64,000 nucleotides of DNA from Acidobacteriota bacterium (GCA_019244185.1 JAFATB010000026.1:1-64000); one strand, 5' to 3'; positions 10,873 to 23,294 are shown, counted from the stretch's first letter. Translations and numbers: made by a program. The notes: a model not told the origin generated them from the sequence alone.

Positions 10873-13182
<2,310 letters not shown>

Positions 13183-13198
13183 GATTACGATTGCGGCG

Positions 13199-13579
13199 AT
13201 GAAGCGCGCCGCCATCGCCATCGCATGGCTCCTCGGAACGGGCGTATCGGCCGTGGTGGGCGCGGTGTTCCTCTTCGGCTGCTGCGTGCTGCCGCTCCAT
13301 GCGTACCTTCATCGCGCGGTGCCGCTTTGCGCGTTCGCGATTCACGTCGCGCAGCACGACGACGCGCAGCCGGCGTCGCCCGCGCACGAGAAGCAGGAGC
13401 CGATGAAGCGCGTCGCGTCGCGCGTGACGTCGTGCGCGTTCGACGTCGACGCGCCGCTCGTCGCGCAACGCGTGGCTGCAGGCAATGCGCGCGCGTACCG
13501 GAGCTTCATCGCGCACGGTGCGCTGCGTTGCGACCGCGACGTCGGTCTGCATCTGCTCGCCGGTACGCTGCTCATTTGA
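13199..13579 (+). CDS. Hypothetical Cys/His-containing membrane-anchored protein
   Basis: Fills the gap in the copper cluster; N-terminal hydrophobic segment; GCC..LH, C..IH, RCD..LH. Confidence 0.5.
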   Translation: MKRAAIAIAWLLGTGVSAVVGAVFLFGCCVLPLHAYLHRAVPLCAFAIHVAQHDDAQPASPAHEKQEPMKRVASRVTSCAFDVDAPLVAQRVAAGNARAYRSFIAHGALRCDRDVGLHLLAGTLLI

Positions 13580-13654
13580 TCCGCCTCCGCGCGGCCGAAG
13601 CGCCGGCCGCTGCTTCGCGCGTTTTTTCCGTTCGCGAATCCGGAGACTGAATTC

Positions 13655-13873
13655 ATGAATGCTTCCGCATGTACGCTCGTGCTGGCGATGGTGCTCGCCA
13701 CCGCGCAGATCGACCCCGTCGCCACGCTGCGGCCCGACGAGTTCGATTCGCCCGCGCGCGAGTCGGTGGCCGAGGCGGCACGAACGGCGCCGCCTTCTGA
13801 ACATCCGCAGCAGCAACAACAACAGCAACCCGCACCGGAACATCATCATCACCACGACGGCGGTGCGTCGTGA
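13655..13873 (+). CDS. Small secreted His-rich protein
   Basis: Hydrophobic N-terminus, poly-Q, HHHHH; GTGA overlap with the TolC gene. Confidence 0.6.
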   Translation: MNASACTLVLAMVLATAQIDPVATLRPDEFDSPARESVAEAARTAPPSEHPQQQQQQQPAPEHHHHHDGGAS

Positions 13874-15195
13874 ACCGCGGTTGGATCGCCGCGTCGCTGC
13901 TCTTCGCGTGCGCGTGTGCGTCCGTGCCGCGCGATGCAGGCGTCGCGGACGTACGGCGGGCGGTCGCGGAGCGGAGCGGCCAGTCGCTGACGTGGGCGCG
14001 TGACGACGAACGCGTGCGCGCGCTGCTGCAGGACGAGCTCACCGCCGACAACGCCGTCGCGATCGGCGTCATCAACAACCGCCGCCTCGAGGCGACGTTC
14101 GCGGAGCTCGGCATCGCGCGCGCGGACCTCGTGCAAGCGAGCCTCGTCCGCAATCCGATCTTCGAGGCGGAAGTGCGCTTCCCGCGCGATCCGTTCCGGC
14201 CGTTCGAGCTGCGGCTCGCGCAGACGCTCGTCGATCTCGTCCAGCTTCCGCGCCGCCGCGCGCTCGGACGCGCGGCGTTCGACGCCGCGAAGCTGCGCGT
14301 GACGTCCGACGTGCTGATGTTCGCGGCGGACATCCGTGCGCGTCACGCGGACCTTCTCGCCGCCGCGCAACGCGTCGCACTGAGCCGTACGAGCTTCGAG
14401 ACCGCACAGGCGTCCGCCGAGCTCGCGCAGCGGCAGCACGACGCGCAGAACATCACCGACCTCGAGCTCGAGAACGAGCAGGCGCGCTACGAGGACGCGA
14501 AGCTCGACCTCGCGCGCGAAGAACAGCAGTTCGTGCTCGCGCGGGAGTCGCTCGTGCGCGCGATGGGCGTGCGTGACGTGCCCGCGGAGCTGCACCTGCC
14601 CGATGCATTTCCGCCGCTGCCCGCCACCGAGCCCGATGAGGCGCAGCTCGAACAGCTCGCGTCGGCGCGGCGGCTCGACGTCCAACGCGCGATGGCCGAG
14701 GTGCAGCTCGCGCGCATGCGCGTCCCGCTGGCGCGGCTCGCGGCGCTCGACGACGTCACCGTCGACGCGCACTACCAGCGCGACGCCGCGGGCGCGAAGA
14801 CGGTCGGTCCCGGCATCGAGCTCCCCATCCCGCTCTTCAATAACGGCGCGGCTGCGCGGACGCGCGCCGAACACGAGCTCGTGCGCGCGAACGCGTTGCT
14901 GCAGGCGCTGCTCGACGAGTCATCGTCGCGCATCCGCACCGCCCGCGCGAGCGTCGCCGAGGCACGCGCGCGCGTCGAGTACTACCGCGACGTCGTCGTG
15001 CCGCGGCGGCAGCGCATCGTCGAGCTGACGAAGCTCGAGCACAACGCGATGCTGGTCGGCCCGTTCACGCTGCTCGACGCGCGCCGCAACGAGACGCAGG
15101 CCCGCCGCGACTTCATCGACGCGCAGCGCGACTACTGGCGCGCGCGCATCACGCTCGACGCCGCGGTGAACGGCGTCGAAGGAGACACGCCATGA
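13870..15195 (+). CDS. TolC-family outer-membrane lipoprotein
   Basis: Lipobox-like ACASVP; NP, ELPIPLFN; helical repeats; pairing with a multicopper oxidase. Confidence 0.85.
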   Translation: MNRGWIAASLLFACACASVPRDAGVADVRRAVAERSGQSLTWARDDERVRALLQDELTADNAVAIGVINNRRLEATFAELGIARADLVQASLVRNPIFEAEVRFPRDPFRPFELRLAQTLVDLVQLPRRRALGRAAFDAAKLRVTSDVLMFAADIRARHADLLAAAQRVALSRTSFETAQASAELAQRQHDAQNITDLELENEQARYEDAKLDLAREEQQFVLARESLVRAMGVRDVPAELHLPDAFPPLPATEPDEAQLEQLASARRLDVQRAMAEVQLARMRVPLARLAALDDVTVDAHYQRDAAGAKTVGPGIELPIPLFNNGAAARTRAEHELVRANALLQALLDESSSRIRTARASVAEARARVEYYRDVVVPRRQRIVELTKLEHNAMLVGPFTLLDARRNETQARRDFIDAQRDYWRARITLDAAVNGVEGDTP

Positions 15196-16412
15196 TTTCC
15201 CGCCGCAATCTGCTGTTCTCGTCCGCCGCCGGCGCGCTGCTTGCGGGCCGTCGCGTCGTCGCCGCGCCCGCGTCGCACGCCAGCACGCCGGCGCGCGTCG
15301 TCACGCCGAACGGCACGTCGCTGCCATATCGCATGGACCGCGGCGTCAAGGTCTTCGAGCTCACCGCCGAGCCGGTGAAGCGCGAGTTCGTCGACGGGTT
15401 TCACGTCAACTGCTGGGGCTACAACGGCACGACGCCGGGACCGACCATCGAAGCGTTCGAAGGCGATCGCGTCCGCATCCACGTCACGAACAAACTCCCC
15501 GAGGCGACGTCGATTCACTGGCACGGCTTCATCCTGCCGAACGGCATGGACGGCGTGTCGGGGCTCACGCAACCGAAGATCGAGCCGGGCGAAACGTACG
15601 TCTACGAGTTCACGCTGAAGCAGAGCGGGTCGCTCATGTACCACCCGCATTTCGACGAGATGACGCAGATCGCGCTCGGCATGCACGGCTTCTTCATCGT
15701 GCATCCGCGCGACGCCGCGCGCCGCGTCGACCGCGACTTCGCCATCTTCCTCAACGAATGGTTCATCAAGCCCGGCACCGCGACGCCGGATCCGACGGTG
15801 ATGCTCGACTTCAACGTCTTCACCTTCAACAGCCGCGTCTTTCCCGGCACCGATCCGATGCTCGTGCGCCTCGGCGACCGCGTGCGCATCCGCGTCGCGA
15901 ACCTCACCATGAACTCGCATCCGATGCACATCCACGGACATCGCTTCTTCATCACCGGCACCGACGCCGGCGCGATCCAGCCGTCCGCGTGGATTCCGGA
16001 GAACACCGTCAACGTGCCGGTCGGCACCACGCGCGACATCGAGTTCGTCGCCGACAATCCCGGCGACTGGGCGTTTCACTGCCACAAGACGCACCACACG
16101 ATGAATCAGATGGGGCACAACCTTCCGAACCTCATCGGCGTCGACGCGTCGAAGACCGAGGAGCGGTTGAACGCGCTCACGCCGGGGACGATGATCATGG
16201 GCACGACCGGCACCGGCGACATGAGCGAGATGCAGCAGATGATGGACATGCCGCGCAACAGCATTCCGATGCGCGGCGGCACGGGACCGTACGGTCCGAT
16301 CGACATGGGCGGTATGTTCACGATCGTGAAAGTCCGCGAACGGCTCGGCGACGGCGATCCCGGCTGGTATCGACCGCCGCGCGGCACCGTCGCGTGGAAG
16401 GTGGAAGGATGA
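15192..16412 (+). CDS. Tat-exported multicopper oxidase
   Basis: SRRNLL Tat motif; IHWHG, YHPH, HPMHIHGH, FHCHKTHH; Met-rich C-terminal region. Confidence 0.92.
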   Translation: MISRRNLLFSSAAGALLAGRRVVAAPASHASTPARVVTPNGTSLPYRMDRGVKVFELTAEPVKREFVDGFHVNCWGYNGTTPGPTIEAFEGDRVRIHVTNKLPEATSIHWHGFILPNGMDGVSGLTQPKIEPGETYVYEFTLKQSGSLMYHPHFDEMTQIALGMHGFFIVHPRDAARRVDRDFAIFLNEWFIKPGTATPDPTVMLDFNVFTFNSRVFPGTDPMLVRLGDRVRIRVANLTMNSHPMHIHGHRFFITGTDAGAIQPSAWIPENTVNVPVGTTRDIEFVADNPGDWAFHCHKTHHTMNQMGHNLPNLIGVDASKTEERLNALTPGTMIMGTTGTGDMSEMQQMMDMPRNSIPMRGGTGPYGPIDMGGMFTIVKVRERLGDGDPGWYRPPRGTVAWKVEG

Positions 16413-16981
16413 AAGCTCGCGCGCTGCTCGCCGTCGCGATCGTGCTCGCGTTCTTCGTCGCGTTGCTCGCGATGCGTCGCGTGCGTGACGGCTTCAGCGC
16501 GCGCGACAAGCCGACCCACACGGAGGCGGCGCTCGCGCGCGTGATGCGCCGCTGGGCCGCGCCGGCGAACATGCGCACGCGCACGAATCCCGTTCCGCTC
16601 ACGCCGCGGGTCCTGGACGCCGCGCGGGCGCACTTCGCTGATCACTGCGCCGCCTGTCACGGCAACGACGGCAAAGGTGGCGACCTCGGCAAGCGCATGT
16701 ATCCGCGCACGCCCGACATGACGCTCGCCGCGACGCAATCTTTGTCGGACGGCGAGCTGTTCTCGATCGTCGAAAACGGCGTGCGCCTCACCGGGATGCC
16801 GAGCTTCGGCGACGGCACGTCCGCGTCGGCGCGCGACAGTTGGGCGCTCGTGCACTTCATCCGCCATCTGCCGAAGCTGACGACGGACGAGCTCGCGCAA
16901 ATGGAGCGGCTCAATCCGAAGTCGCCCGCCGAATGGCAGCGGCAGGCCGACGAAGACGCGTTTCTGAAAGGACAGCGATGA
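16409..16981 (+). CDS. c-type cytochrome
   Basis: CAACHG heme motif, TGMPSF axial Met; ATGA overlap. Confidence 0.88.
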   Translation: MKARALLAVAIVLAFFVALLAMRRVRDGFSARDKPTHTEAALARVMRRWAAPANMRTRTNPVPLTPRVLDAARAHFADHCAACHGNDGKGGDLGKRMYPRTPDMTLAATQSLSDGELFSIVENGVRLTGMPSFGDGTSASARDSWALVHFIRHLPKLTTDELAQMERLNPKSPAEWQRQADEDAFLKGQR

Positions 16982-17283
16982 GAAAAGCGATGGTGGCGTT
17001 CCTGATGTTCTTCGTGACGGCATCCGCGTTCGCGCACGCGGGACACGTGCATACGTACATGGGCACCGTGACGACGCTGCATGGACTGGGCACGTTCGTG
17101 ATGAAGACGACGGACGGCCACGACGTCACCGTGCAGACGTCGTCGTCCACGCGTTGGACCGACGCCGAGGATCATGCCGCGAAGCCAGCCGATCTCGCCG
17201 CGGGCATGCGCGTCGTCGTGAAGATGTCGGTCGACGGCAAGACCGCCGGCAGCGTGAAGATGGCTATTCCGCCGCGCCGATGA
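16978..17283 (+). CDS. Small periplasmic protein (AHAGH N-terminus, possibly metal-binding)
   Basis: Signal peptide ending ASAFA, then HAGHVH; ATGA overlap. Confidence 0.7.
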   Translation: MRKAMVAFLMFFVTASAFAHAGHVHTYMGTVTTLHGLGTFVMKTTDGHDVTVQTSSSTRWTDAEDHAAKPADLAAGMRVVVKMSVDGKTAGSVKMAIPPRR

Positions 17284-17668
17284 CGAACGACAGCACGAGC
17301 AGCGAGAGCACGATCATCGTGATCGCGACGTAGAGACGGTCGCGTTCGAGCGCGAACGCCACGACCGAGAACGCGACGCGCGCGACCGGCGTCGCGATCA
17401 GCAGCAGCAGGCCGAGCATCACGATCGCCTCGCCGCGGCCTTCGCGGAGTTGCACGACGACGTCGCGCAGCGTGTGCGGATAGACGCCGTTCGCATCCGT
17501 CAGCCCATGCAGCGCCGTCCGCGACGTCACGTATTGCGGATGGTGGACGAAGCTGAGCGCGAGTCCGGCGAGCACGATCGCGACGCTCAGCACGACGCCG
17601 GTGCGCAGCAGATGCGAGATCGCGCTGTCGACCCACCGCGGCTCGTGTTGCGGCGGCGCGACGCTCAT
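17264..17668 (-). CDS. DUF1634-like membrane protein
   Basis: LLRTGV..S, GLLLLIATPVARV, ERDRLY; coupled to the TauE/SafE gene. Confidence 0.85.
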   Translation of the reverse strand: MSVAPPQHEPRWVDSAISHLLRTGVVLSVAIVLAGLALSFVHHPQYVTSRTALHGLTDANGVYPHTLRDVVVQLREGRGEAIVMLGLLLLIATPVARVAFSVVAFALERDRLYVAITMIVLSLLVLSFVIGAAE

Positions 17669-18504
17669 CCGCGCGCTCCTTCGACGAGCATGTGCGCCGA
17701 GATCACCAGCAGCACGACCACGAACGTGACGCGCAGCGCGCGGCTGCTGACCTGCGAGAGAAAGCGCGAGCCGATGAACGCGCCGGAGAGCACGCCCACT
17801 GCGACCGGCGCCGCGATGAACGGATCGATCTGGCCGCGGCTGAAGTAGAGCCCCGCGCTCGCCGCCGCGGTCACGCCGATCATGAAGTTGCTGGTCGCGG
17901 TCGAGACTTTGATCGGCAGCTCCATCGCGAGATCCATCGCCGGCACTTTCAGCGCGCCGGAGCCGATGCCGAGAAGCCCACTCACCGTGCCCGCGATGTA
18001 CATGAGCGCGAGGCCGAGGAGCGGGCGCGCGGGCTGATAGGCGACCTCGTATCCGCGCGCATCATCGAAGTAGGAGCTCTGCAGGCGCAGCAGACGCGCG
18101 AGGCGCGTGCCGCCGTGCGGCTGTTCCGCGATGCGCACGCGCGGACGCAGCATGGCCAGACCGGAGCCGCCGAGGACGAGGCCGAAGAGCGTGAACAGCC
18201 AGCGCGGCTCGAGCAGGCCGGCGATCCACGCGCCGGTGATCGCGCCCGCGGTCGTGCCGAGCTCGAGGAACATCGCCACGCGCAGATTCGCGAGGCGGTC
18301 GCGCACGTACGCCGCCGCCGCGCCGCTCGACGTCGCGATCACGGAGATGATCGACGCGCCGATGGCGAGGCGGATGTCGATGTGGAGCAGCAGCGTGAGC
18401 GCGGGGATCACGATCATGCCGCCGCCGAGCCCCAGCAGCGAGCCGAGCGCTCCCGCGACGAACGACATCGCGGCCACGACGAGCACGAACAGCAGGGGAG
18501 TCAC
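17665..18504 (-). CDS. Sulfite exporter TauE/SafE family protein
   Basis: Duplicated GLGGG/GIGSG motifs, AIGASIISVIATSS, STATSNFMIGVTAAAS. Confidence 0.88.
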   Translation of the reverse strand: MTPLLFVLVVAAMSFVAGALGSLLGLGGGMIVIPALTLLLHIDIRLAIGASIISVIATSSGAAAAYVRDRLANLRVAMFLELGTTAGAITGAWIAGLLEPRWLFTLFGLVLGGSGLAMLRPRVRIAEQPHGGTRLARLLRLQSSYFDDARGYEVAYQPARPLLGLALMYIAGTVSGLLGIGSGALKVPAMDLAMELPIKVSTATSNFMIGVTAAASAGLYFSRGQIDPFIAAPVAVGVLSGAFIGSRFLSQVSSRALRVTFVVVLLVISAHMLVEGARG

Positions 18505-18704
18505 GCGCGGGCAGTGTAGCGTGCCGTACCGATGAACGCGTTTTTCGCACCGTTCACCAGAATCGACCGTTGACGCCGCTGCTACGCCGCCGTTGACGGC
18601 GCATTGACTGACCCACGCAAACAAAAGTTGATCCGTCCGTAACAGCGCTGCGGGTCTGATTGTGAGCCGCGTATAGGAGTCATTTTCGATAAGTCATTTA
18701 ATTT

Positions 18705-18735
18705 CAACTAGTTGATTTGTTGGCTTTCCGATTGC
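18705..18735 (+). promoter_or_regulatory. sigma54-type promoter (-24/-12) with adjacent IHF site
   Basis: TGGC-TTTCCGA-TTGC at 18721-18735 (GG-N10-GC); AATCAA-CTAG-TTG on the minus strand at 18705-18717 matches WATCAANNNNTTR. Confidence 0.65.
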
Positions 18736-18782
18736 CTTTAGAACGGGCCGCTCGACTGTTACAAAAAAGAAAAGGAAGGTTC

Positions 18783-20939
18783 ATGAAGAAACTGCTCGCT
18801 GTCATGCTTCTCCTGAGCGCCTCGTCGGTGCTCGCGCAGGATTCTCTCCGGTTCCAAGGGGCTCAGATTCATGTCCGTCAGACCGACGCCAACGGCGTCC
18901 CGGCGTTCGTCACCGGTGACCTCGGCCGCCTCCTCGGCCCGGGCACGGTGGAGAACACCGCCCGTGCATTCCTGCGGAACCGCACGGACATCCTTCCGAT
19001 CCAGAACGAAGACTTCGCTGCCCTGCGCACGGAGCGTGACGCCCTCGGCCAGACGCACGTCAAGCTGCAGGAGCGTTACAACAACCTTCCGGTCGTCGGC
19101 GCCGAGTACATCGTGCACGCGGACCGCGAAGGCCGCGTCATCGCGATGAACGGCCGCTTCACCCCGACGAGCGACCTGCCGCGCGTTCCGAAGATGGACG
19201 CGTGGTCGGCCATCGAGCGCGCGGTCGAGCAGCGCGGTGTCGTCAACGGCACGTACTTCGACAAGCCGCAGCTGACCTACGTCGTCAACGAGAAGGGCAA
19301 CGCCTTCATGGCGTGGTCCGCGCGCGTCGCGTACACCAACGAGCAGGGACCGCAGGTCGACCTCGTGTACGCCGACACGACCTCCGGCGACCTCGTGTAC
19401 GTCTCGCCCGAGTACAAGTACGCGAAGAACCGCCAGACCTACACCGCCAACAACGGCACGGCGCTCCCCGGCACGCTGAAGCGCTCCGAAGGCAGCGCGA
19501 ACATCGGTGACGCCGCCCTCGACGCCGCGCACAACAACGCCGGCAGCGTGTACGACTACTACAAGAACGTCCACGGCCGCGACTCGTACGACAACGCCGG
19601 CGCGACGCTCAAAGCGTCCGCCCACTACAGCACCCGCTATAACAACGCGTTCTGGAACGGAACGCAGATGGTGTACGGCGACGGCGACGGCTCGCAGTTC
19701 ATCCCGCTGTCGGAAGACCTCGACGTCGACGCGCACGAGCTGACGCACGCCGTCACCGAGCGCACCGCGAACCTCAACTACGCGAACGAGTCGGGCGCCC
19801 TCAACGAGGCCACCTCGGACATCCTCGGCAACTCCTGCGAGGCGTACACGGAAAACGGCGGCACCCCGAACGCGAACACCTGGAAGGTCGGCGAAGACAT
19901 CTACACGCCGGGCACCTCGGGCGACGCGCTCCGCTACATGAACAACCCGACCGCCGACGGCTACTCGAAGGACTACTACCCGGAGCGCATCACCGGCACC
20001 GCTGACAACGGCGGCGTCCACGGCAACTCCGGTATCGCCAACCTCGCGTACTACCTCATGGTCATGGGCGGCACGCACCCGCGCGGCAAGACCACCGTCA
20101 GCGTCACGCCGCTTTCGACGACGTCCTCGACCTCGCTCAACATGGCGCAGAAGATCTGGTACCGCGCCCTCACCGTGTACTGGACCTCGTCGACCGGCTT
20201 CTCCGGCGCCCGCACCGGCACCGTCAGCGCGGCGACCGATCTCTATGGCGCGGCCGCCGCGGCGACCGTGACGGCGGCGTGGGATGCAGTCGGCGCTCCG
20301 GGCGGTTCGACGGGCGGCGGCACGACCGTGCTCAGCAACGGTGTTGCGAAGACCGGCCTCTCCGGCGCCACCGGCTCCTGGACCAACTTCAAGATCACCG
20401 TTCCCTCCGGCCAGTCGAAGCTCGACATCGTGATGTCGGGCGGCACGGGCGACGCCGACATGTACGTCAAGTTCGGCGCGATCCCGACCTCCAGCGTTTG
20501 GGATTACCGTCCGTACAAGACCGGCAACGCGGAGAGCGTCTCCGTCGCCAACCCGGCCGCCGGCGACTGGTACATCAGCCTCAATGGCTACGCGGCGTAC
20601 TCCAGCGTTTCGCTCACCGCGACCTACAGCGCGTCGACCTCGACCTGCACCACCACGAGCGGCTCGCTGACCGGCACCGGCCAGAACTGGTACTCGGCGC
20701 AGTACACCTCGAGCGTCAGCGGCTCGCACACCGCGAAGCTCACCGGCCCGGCCTCGGGCGCGGACTTCGACCTCTACCTCCAGAAGCTCAGCGGCACGAC
20801 CTGGACCCAGGTCGCCGCGAGCGAAAGCGCCACCGCGACCGAGAACATCACGTACAGCGGCACCTCCGGCACGTACCGGTGGCGCGTGTACTCGTACAGC
20901 GGCAGCGGCAGCTTCACGCTCTGCACGTCGCACCCGTAA
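18783..20939 (+). CDS. Secreted M4 (thermolysin-like) metalloprotease with FTP/PepSY propeptide and C-terminal PPC domains
   Basis: NNAFWNG, YGDGDG, HELTH, GALNEATSD, DNGGVHGNSG; GGTGDADMYV and DFDLYL PPC motifs. Confidence 0.95.
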   Translation: MKKLLAVMLLLSASSVLAQDSLRFQGAQIHVRQTDANGVPAFVTGDLGRLLGPGTVENTARAFLRNRTDILPIQNEDFAALRTERDALGQTHVKLQERYNNLPVVGAEYIVHADREGRVIAMNGRFTPTSDLPRVPKMDAWSAIERAVEQRGVVNGTYFDKPQLTYVVNEKGNAFMAWSARVAYTNEQGPQVDLVYADTTSGDLVYVSPEYKYAKNRQTYTANNGTALPGTLKRSEGSANIGDAALDAAHNNAGSVYDYYKNVHGRDSYDNAGATLKASAHYSTRYNNAFWNGTQMVYGDGDGSQFIPLSEDLDVDAHELTHAVTERTANLNYANESGALNEATSDILGNSCEAYTENGGTPNANTWKVGEDIYTPGTSGDALRYMNNPTADGYSKDYYPERITGTADNGGVHGNSGIANLAYYLMVMGGTHPRGKTTVSVTPLSTTSSTSLNMAQKIWYRALTVYWTSSTGFSGARTGTVSAATDLYGAAAAATVTAAWDAVGAPGGSTGGGTTVLSNGVAKTGLSGATGSWTNFKITVPSGQSKLDIVMSGGTGDADMYVKFGAIPTSSVWDYRPYKTGNAESVSVANPAAGDWYISLNGYAAYSSVSLTATYSASTSTCTTTSGSLTGTGQNWYSAQYTSSVSGSHTAKLTGPASGADFDLYLQKLSGTTWTQVAASESATATENITYSGTSGTYRWRVYSYSGSGSFTLCTSHP

Positions 20940-20964
20940 TCTCGAGTTCAACGTTGTTGCAGAG

Positions 20965-20996
20965 GAGGCGGCCTTCGGGCCGCCTCTTTTGTTTTT
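20965..20996 (+). terminator. Intrinsic terminator
   Basis: GAGGCGGCC-TTCG-GGCCGCCTC followed by TTTTGTTTTT. Confidence 0.9.
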
Positions 20997-21055
20997 CTCC
21001 CGAATGCGACGAGTCCGGCAACGCCCTTGCTATGGAAGGACGGCAAGGAGGATTC

Positions 21056-21235
21056 ATGTCGAAACGCGAATTGATTGAACCTCACAAGGGCGATAAGCGA
21101 TACGCGCGGCGCGATGAGAACGGCCGCTTCACCGAGATGGACGATGTCGGCCGCTCGCTCGCGCAGGACCGCAGGCGTCACGCGACGCACGAGTCGAAGC
21201 CCGGCCAGGGCGACCGCGGCGATCGCAAGAAGTAA
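21056..21235 (+). CDS. Small hydrophilic hypothetical protein (59 aa)
   Basis: AGGAGG RBS; DKRY.RRD..GRF, DVGRSL..DRR, GQGDRGD. Confidence 0.8.
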   Translation: MSKRELIEPHKGDKRYARRDENGRFTEMDDVGRSLAQDRRRHATHESKPGQGDRGDRKK

Positions 21236-21281
21236 CCGAACTCGACTCGCGGCGGGCGGCTTCGTATGCTGCTCGCCGCGC

Positions 21282-23294
21282 ATGCGCCGACCGTTCCTCG
21301 CACTGCTGCTGCTCGCGCTCGTGGCGTGTCGTCGCGAGACGCCGCCGCCGCGCCGCCCGCCCGTCATCCTCATCTCCATCGACACGCTGCGCTCGGATCA
21401 TCTCCCCGCGTACGGCTACCGCGCGATCGCCACGCCGAACCTCGATCGGCTCGCGCACGACGGCGTCGTCTTCGAGCGCGCGTTCTCGAACGTCCCGCTC
21501 ACGCTCCCGTCGCACACGACGATCATGACGGGCCTGCTGCCGGCGGAGCACGGCGTTCGCGACAACGCCGGCTACCGGCTCGATCCGTCGCACGCGACGC
21601 TCGCCTCGCTGCTGCACGCGAACGGCTATGCGACCGCCGCCGCCGTCAGCGCGTACACGCTGCGCCGCGACTCGAACATCGCCGCCGGGTTCGACTCCTA
21701 CGACGACCGCATCGACTTCGTCGAAGGAGCGCCGACCGGCAACCTGCAACGCGACGGCGCGGCGACCTCCGCCATCCTGAAGACGTGGATCGCCGCGCAC
21801 GATGCGAAGCCGTTCTTCGCGTTCCTGCATCTCTTCGAGCCGCACGCGCCGTACGAGCCGTCGTACGACGGCGAGATCGAGAAAGCGGATCGCATCGTCG
21901 GCGACTTCCTCGACGACCTCCGCGCGCGCAAGCTCTACGACGACGCGCTGATCGTGCTCCTCTCCGATCACGGCGAAGGGCTCGGCGATCACGGCGAACA
22001 GGAACACGGCGTGTTGCTCTACCGCGAGGCGTTGCAGGTGCCGCTGATCGTGAAGCTCCCGCGCGGTGCCCGCGGCGGCGAACGCGTCACCGAGCCCGCG
22101 CAACTCGCGGATGTCTTTCCAACCATCGCGTCGGTCATCGGCATCACGCCGCCGCACGTGCGCGGACGCTCGCTCCTCGATCCCGGCTCCCCACGCGCGC
22201 TCTACGCCGAAACGCTCTACCCGCGCATTCACCTCGGCTGGAGCGAGTTGCAGTCGATCGTCCGCTATCCGCTGCATCTCATCGACGGTCCGAAGCCTGA
22301 GCTCTACGATGTCGCGTCCGATCCGCGCGAGACGAACGATCTGCGCGCGACGCGCCGCCGCGACTACGCGGAGCTCGCGCGCGACCTCGCGTCGTTCCCG
22401 CACGCCGCCGCCGCCGCTCCCGCCATCGACCCTGAGGAACGTCGCAAGCTCGCGGCGCTCGGCTATGTCGATGCGGGATCATCCGCCGGCGCCTCGCGCA
22501 TCAATCCGCGCGAGCACCTCGCCGATCTCGCGGAGCTCAAGAGCGTGTCCGAGCTGATGACGCGACGCGACTACGCCGCCGCGGCGCAGCGGCTCGAAGC
22601 GCTACTCGCGCGCAATCCCGGCTGGAGCGATCTGCGCAACGACCTCGGCTTCGCGTACGAACAGCTCGGCGATCTCGCGCGCGCGGACAAGACGTATCGC
22701 GACGGTATCCGCGCGACGCCGGAGCTCGCTGGCGACTTCGCGCTCTCGCTCGCGTCGGTGCTCGCGCGCGAAGGAAAGCTCGATGACGCCGCCGCCCACG
22801 CGAAGCTCGCGCTCGCGTCGAATGCGCCCGGCGCCCACGAGGTGCTCGCGCGCATCGCGCTCACGCGCAAGCAGTACGACGAGGCGTTGCGAGAAGCCGC
22901 TGCAATGCGCGCGTCGCCCGCGCATCAGATCCACGCGGAAGTGCTCACCGCGCAGATCCTCGCCGCGCAGGGCCATCACGACGCCGCGCTCACCGCGCTG
23001 CAGCACGCGCGCGAGCGCGCGTCCGCGGATCGCGTCCCGCTCCCGCCGCGCTACTGGTTCATCACCGGCGACACCCTCGCGAGCCTCGGCCGCACGAACG
23101 AGGCACGCACCGCCTTCGAGCGCGCCATCGCCGCCGAGCCGACGGAGCCCGACGCCTACGTCGGGCTCGCATTCGTCGAAGCCGCGAGCGGCAACCGCGG
23201 CGCGGCCGACGCCGCGCTTTTCCGCATGACCAACGCCATTCCGCGGAGCCGTAACGAAGCGGAACAGATTCGTCACGAGCTCGAACAACACTGA
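21282..23294 (+). CDS. Sulfatase-like hydrolase lipoprotein with C-terminal TPR repeats
   Basis: LVAC lipobox; ISIDTLRSD, TLPSH..IMTG, EPHAPY, SDHGE, L.ALGY; TPR-like helices. Confidence 0.88.
   Translation: MRRPFLALLLLALVACRRETPPPRRPPVILISIDTLRSDHLPAYGYRAIATPNLDRLAHDGVVFERAFSNVPLTLPSHTTIMTGLLPAEHGVRDNAGYRLDPSHATLASLLHANGYATAAAVSAYTLRRDSNIAAGFDSYDDRIDFVEGAPTGNLQRDGAATSAILKTWIAAHDAKPFFAFLHLFEPHAPYEPSYDGEIEKADRIVGDFLDDLRARKLYDDALIVLLSDHGEGLGDHGEQEHGVLLYREALQVPLIVKLPRGARGGERVTEPAQLADVFPTIASVIGITPPHVRGRSLLDPGSPRALYAETLYPRIHLGWSELQSIVRYPLHLIDGPKPELYDVASDPRETNDLRATRRRDYAELARDLASFPHAAAAAPAIDPEERRKLAALGYVDAGSSAGASRINPREHLADLAELKSVSELMTRRDYAAAAQRLEALLARNPGWSDLRNDLGFAYEQLGDLARADKTYRDGIRATPELAGDFALSLASVLAREGKLDDAAAHAKLALASNAPGAHEVLARIALTRKQYDEALREAAAMRASPAHQIHAEVLTAQILAAQGHHDAALTALQHARERASADRVPLPPRYWFITGDTLASLGRTNEARTAFERAIAAEPTEPDAYVGLAFVEAASGNRGAADAALFRMTNAIPRSRNEAEQIRHELEQH

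Noticed and set aside
13807-13855. CAG/CAA and CAT/CAC triplet runs as a phase-variable repeat
   Set aside because: Mixed synonymous codons in frame, encoding poly-Q and poly-H; not a slippage tract.
18783-20939. M4 protease as the RiPP leader peptidase
   Set aside because: It is on the opposite strand, has its own promoter and terminator, is separated by three unrelated genes, and is a generic secreted protease.
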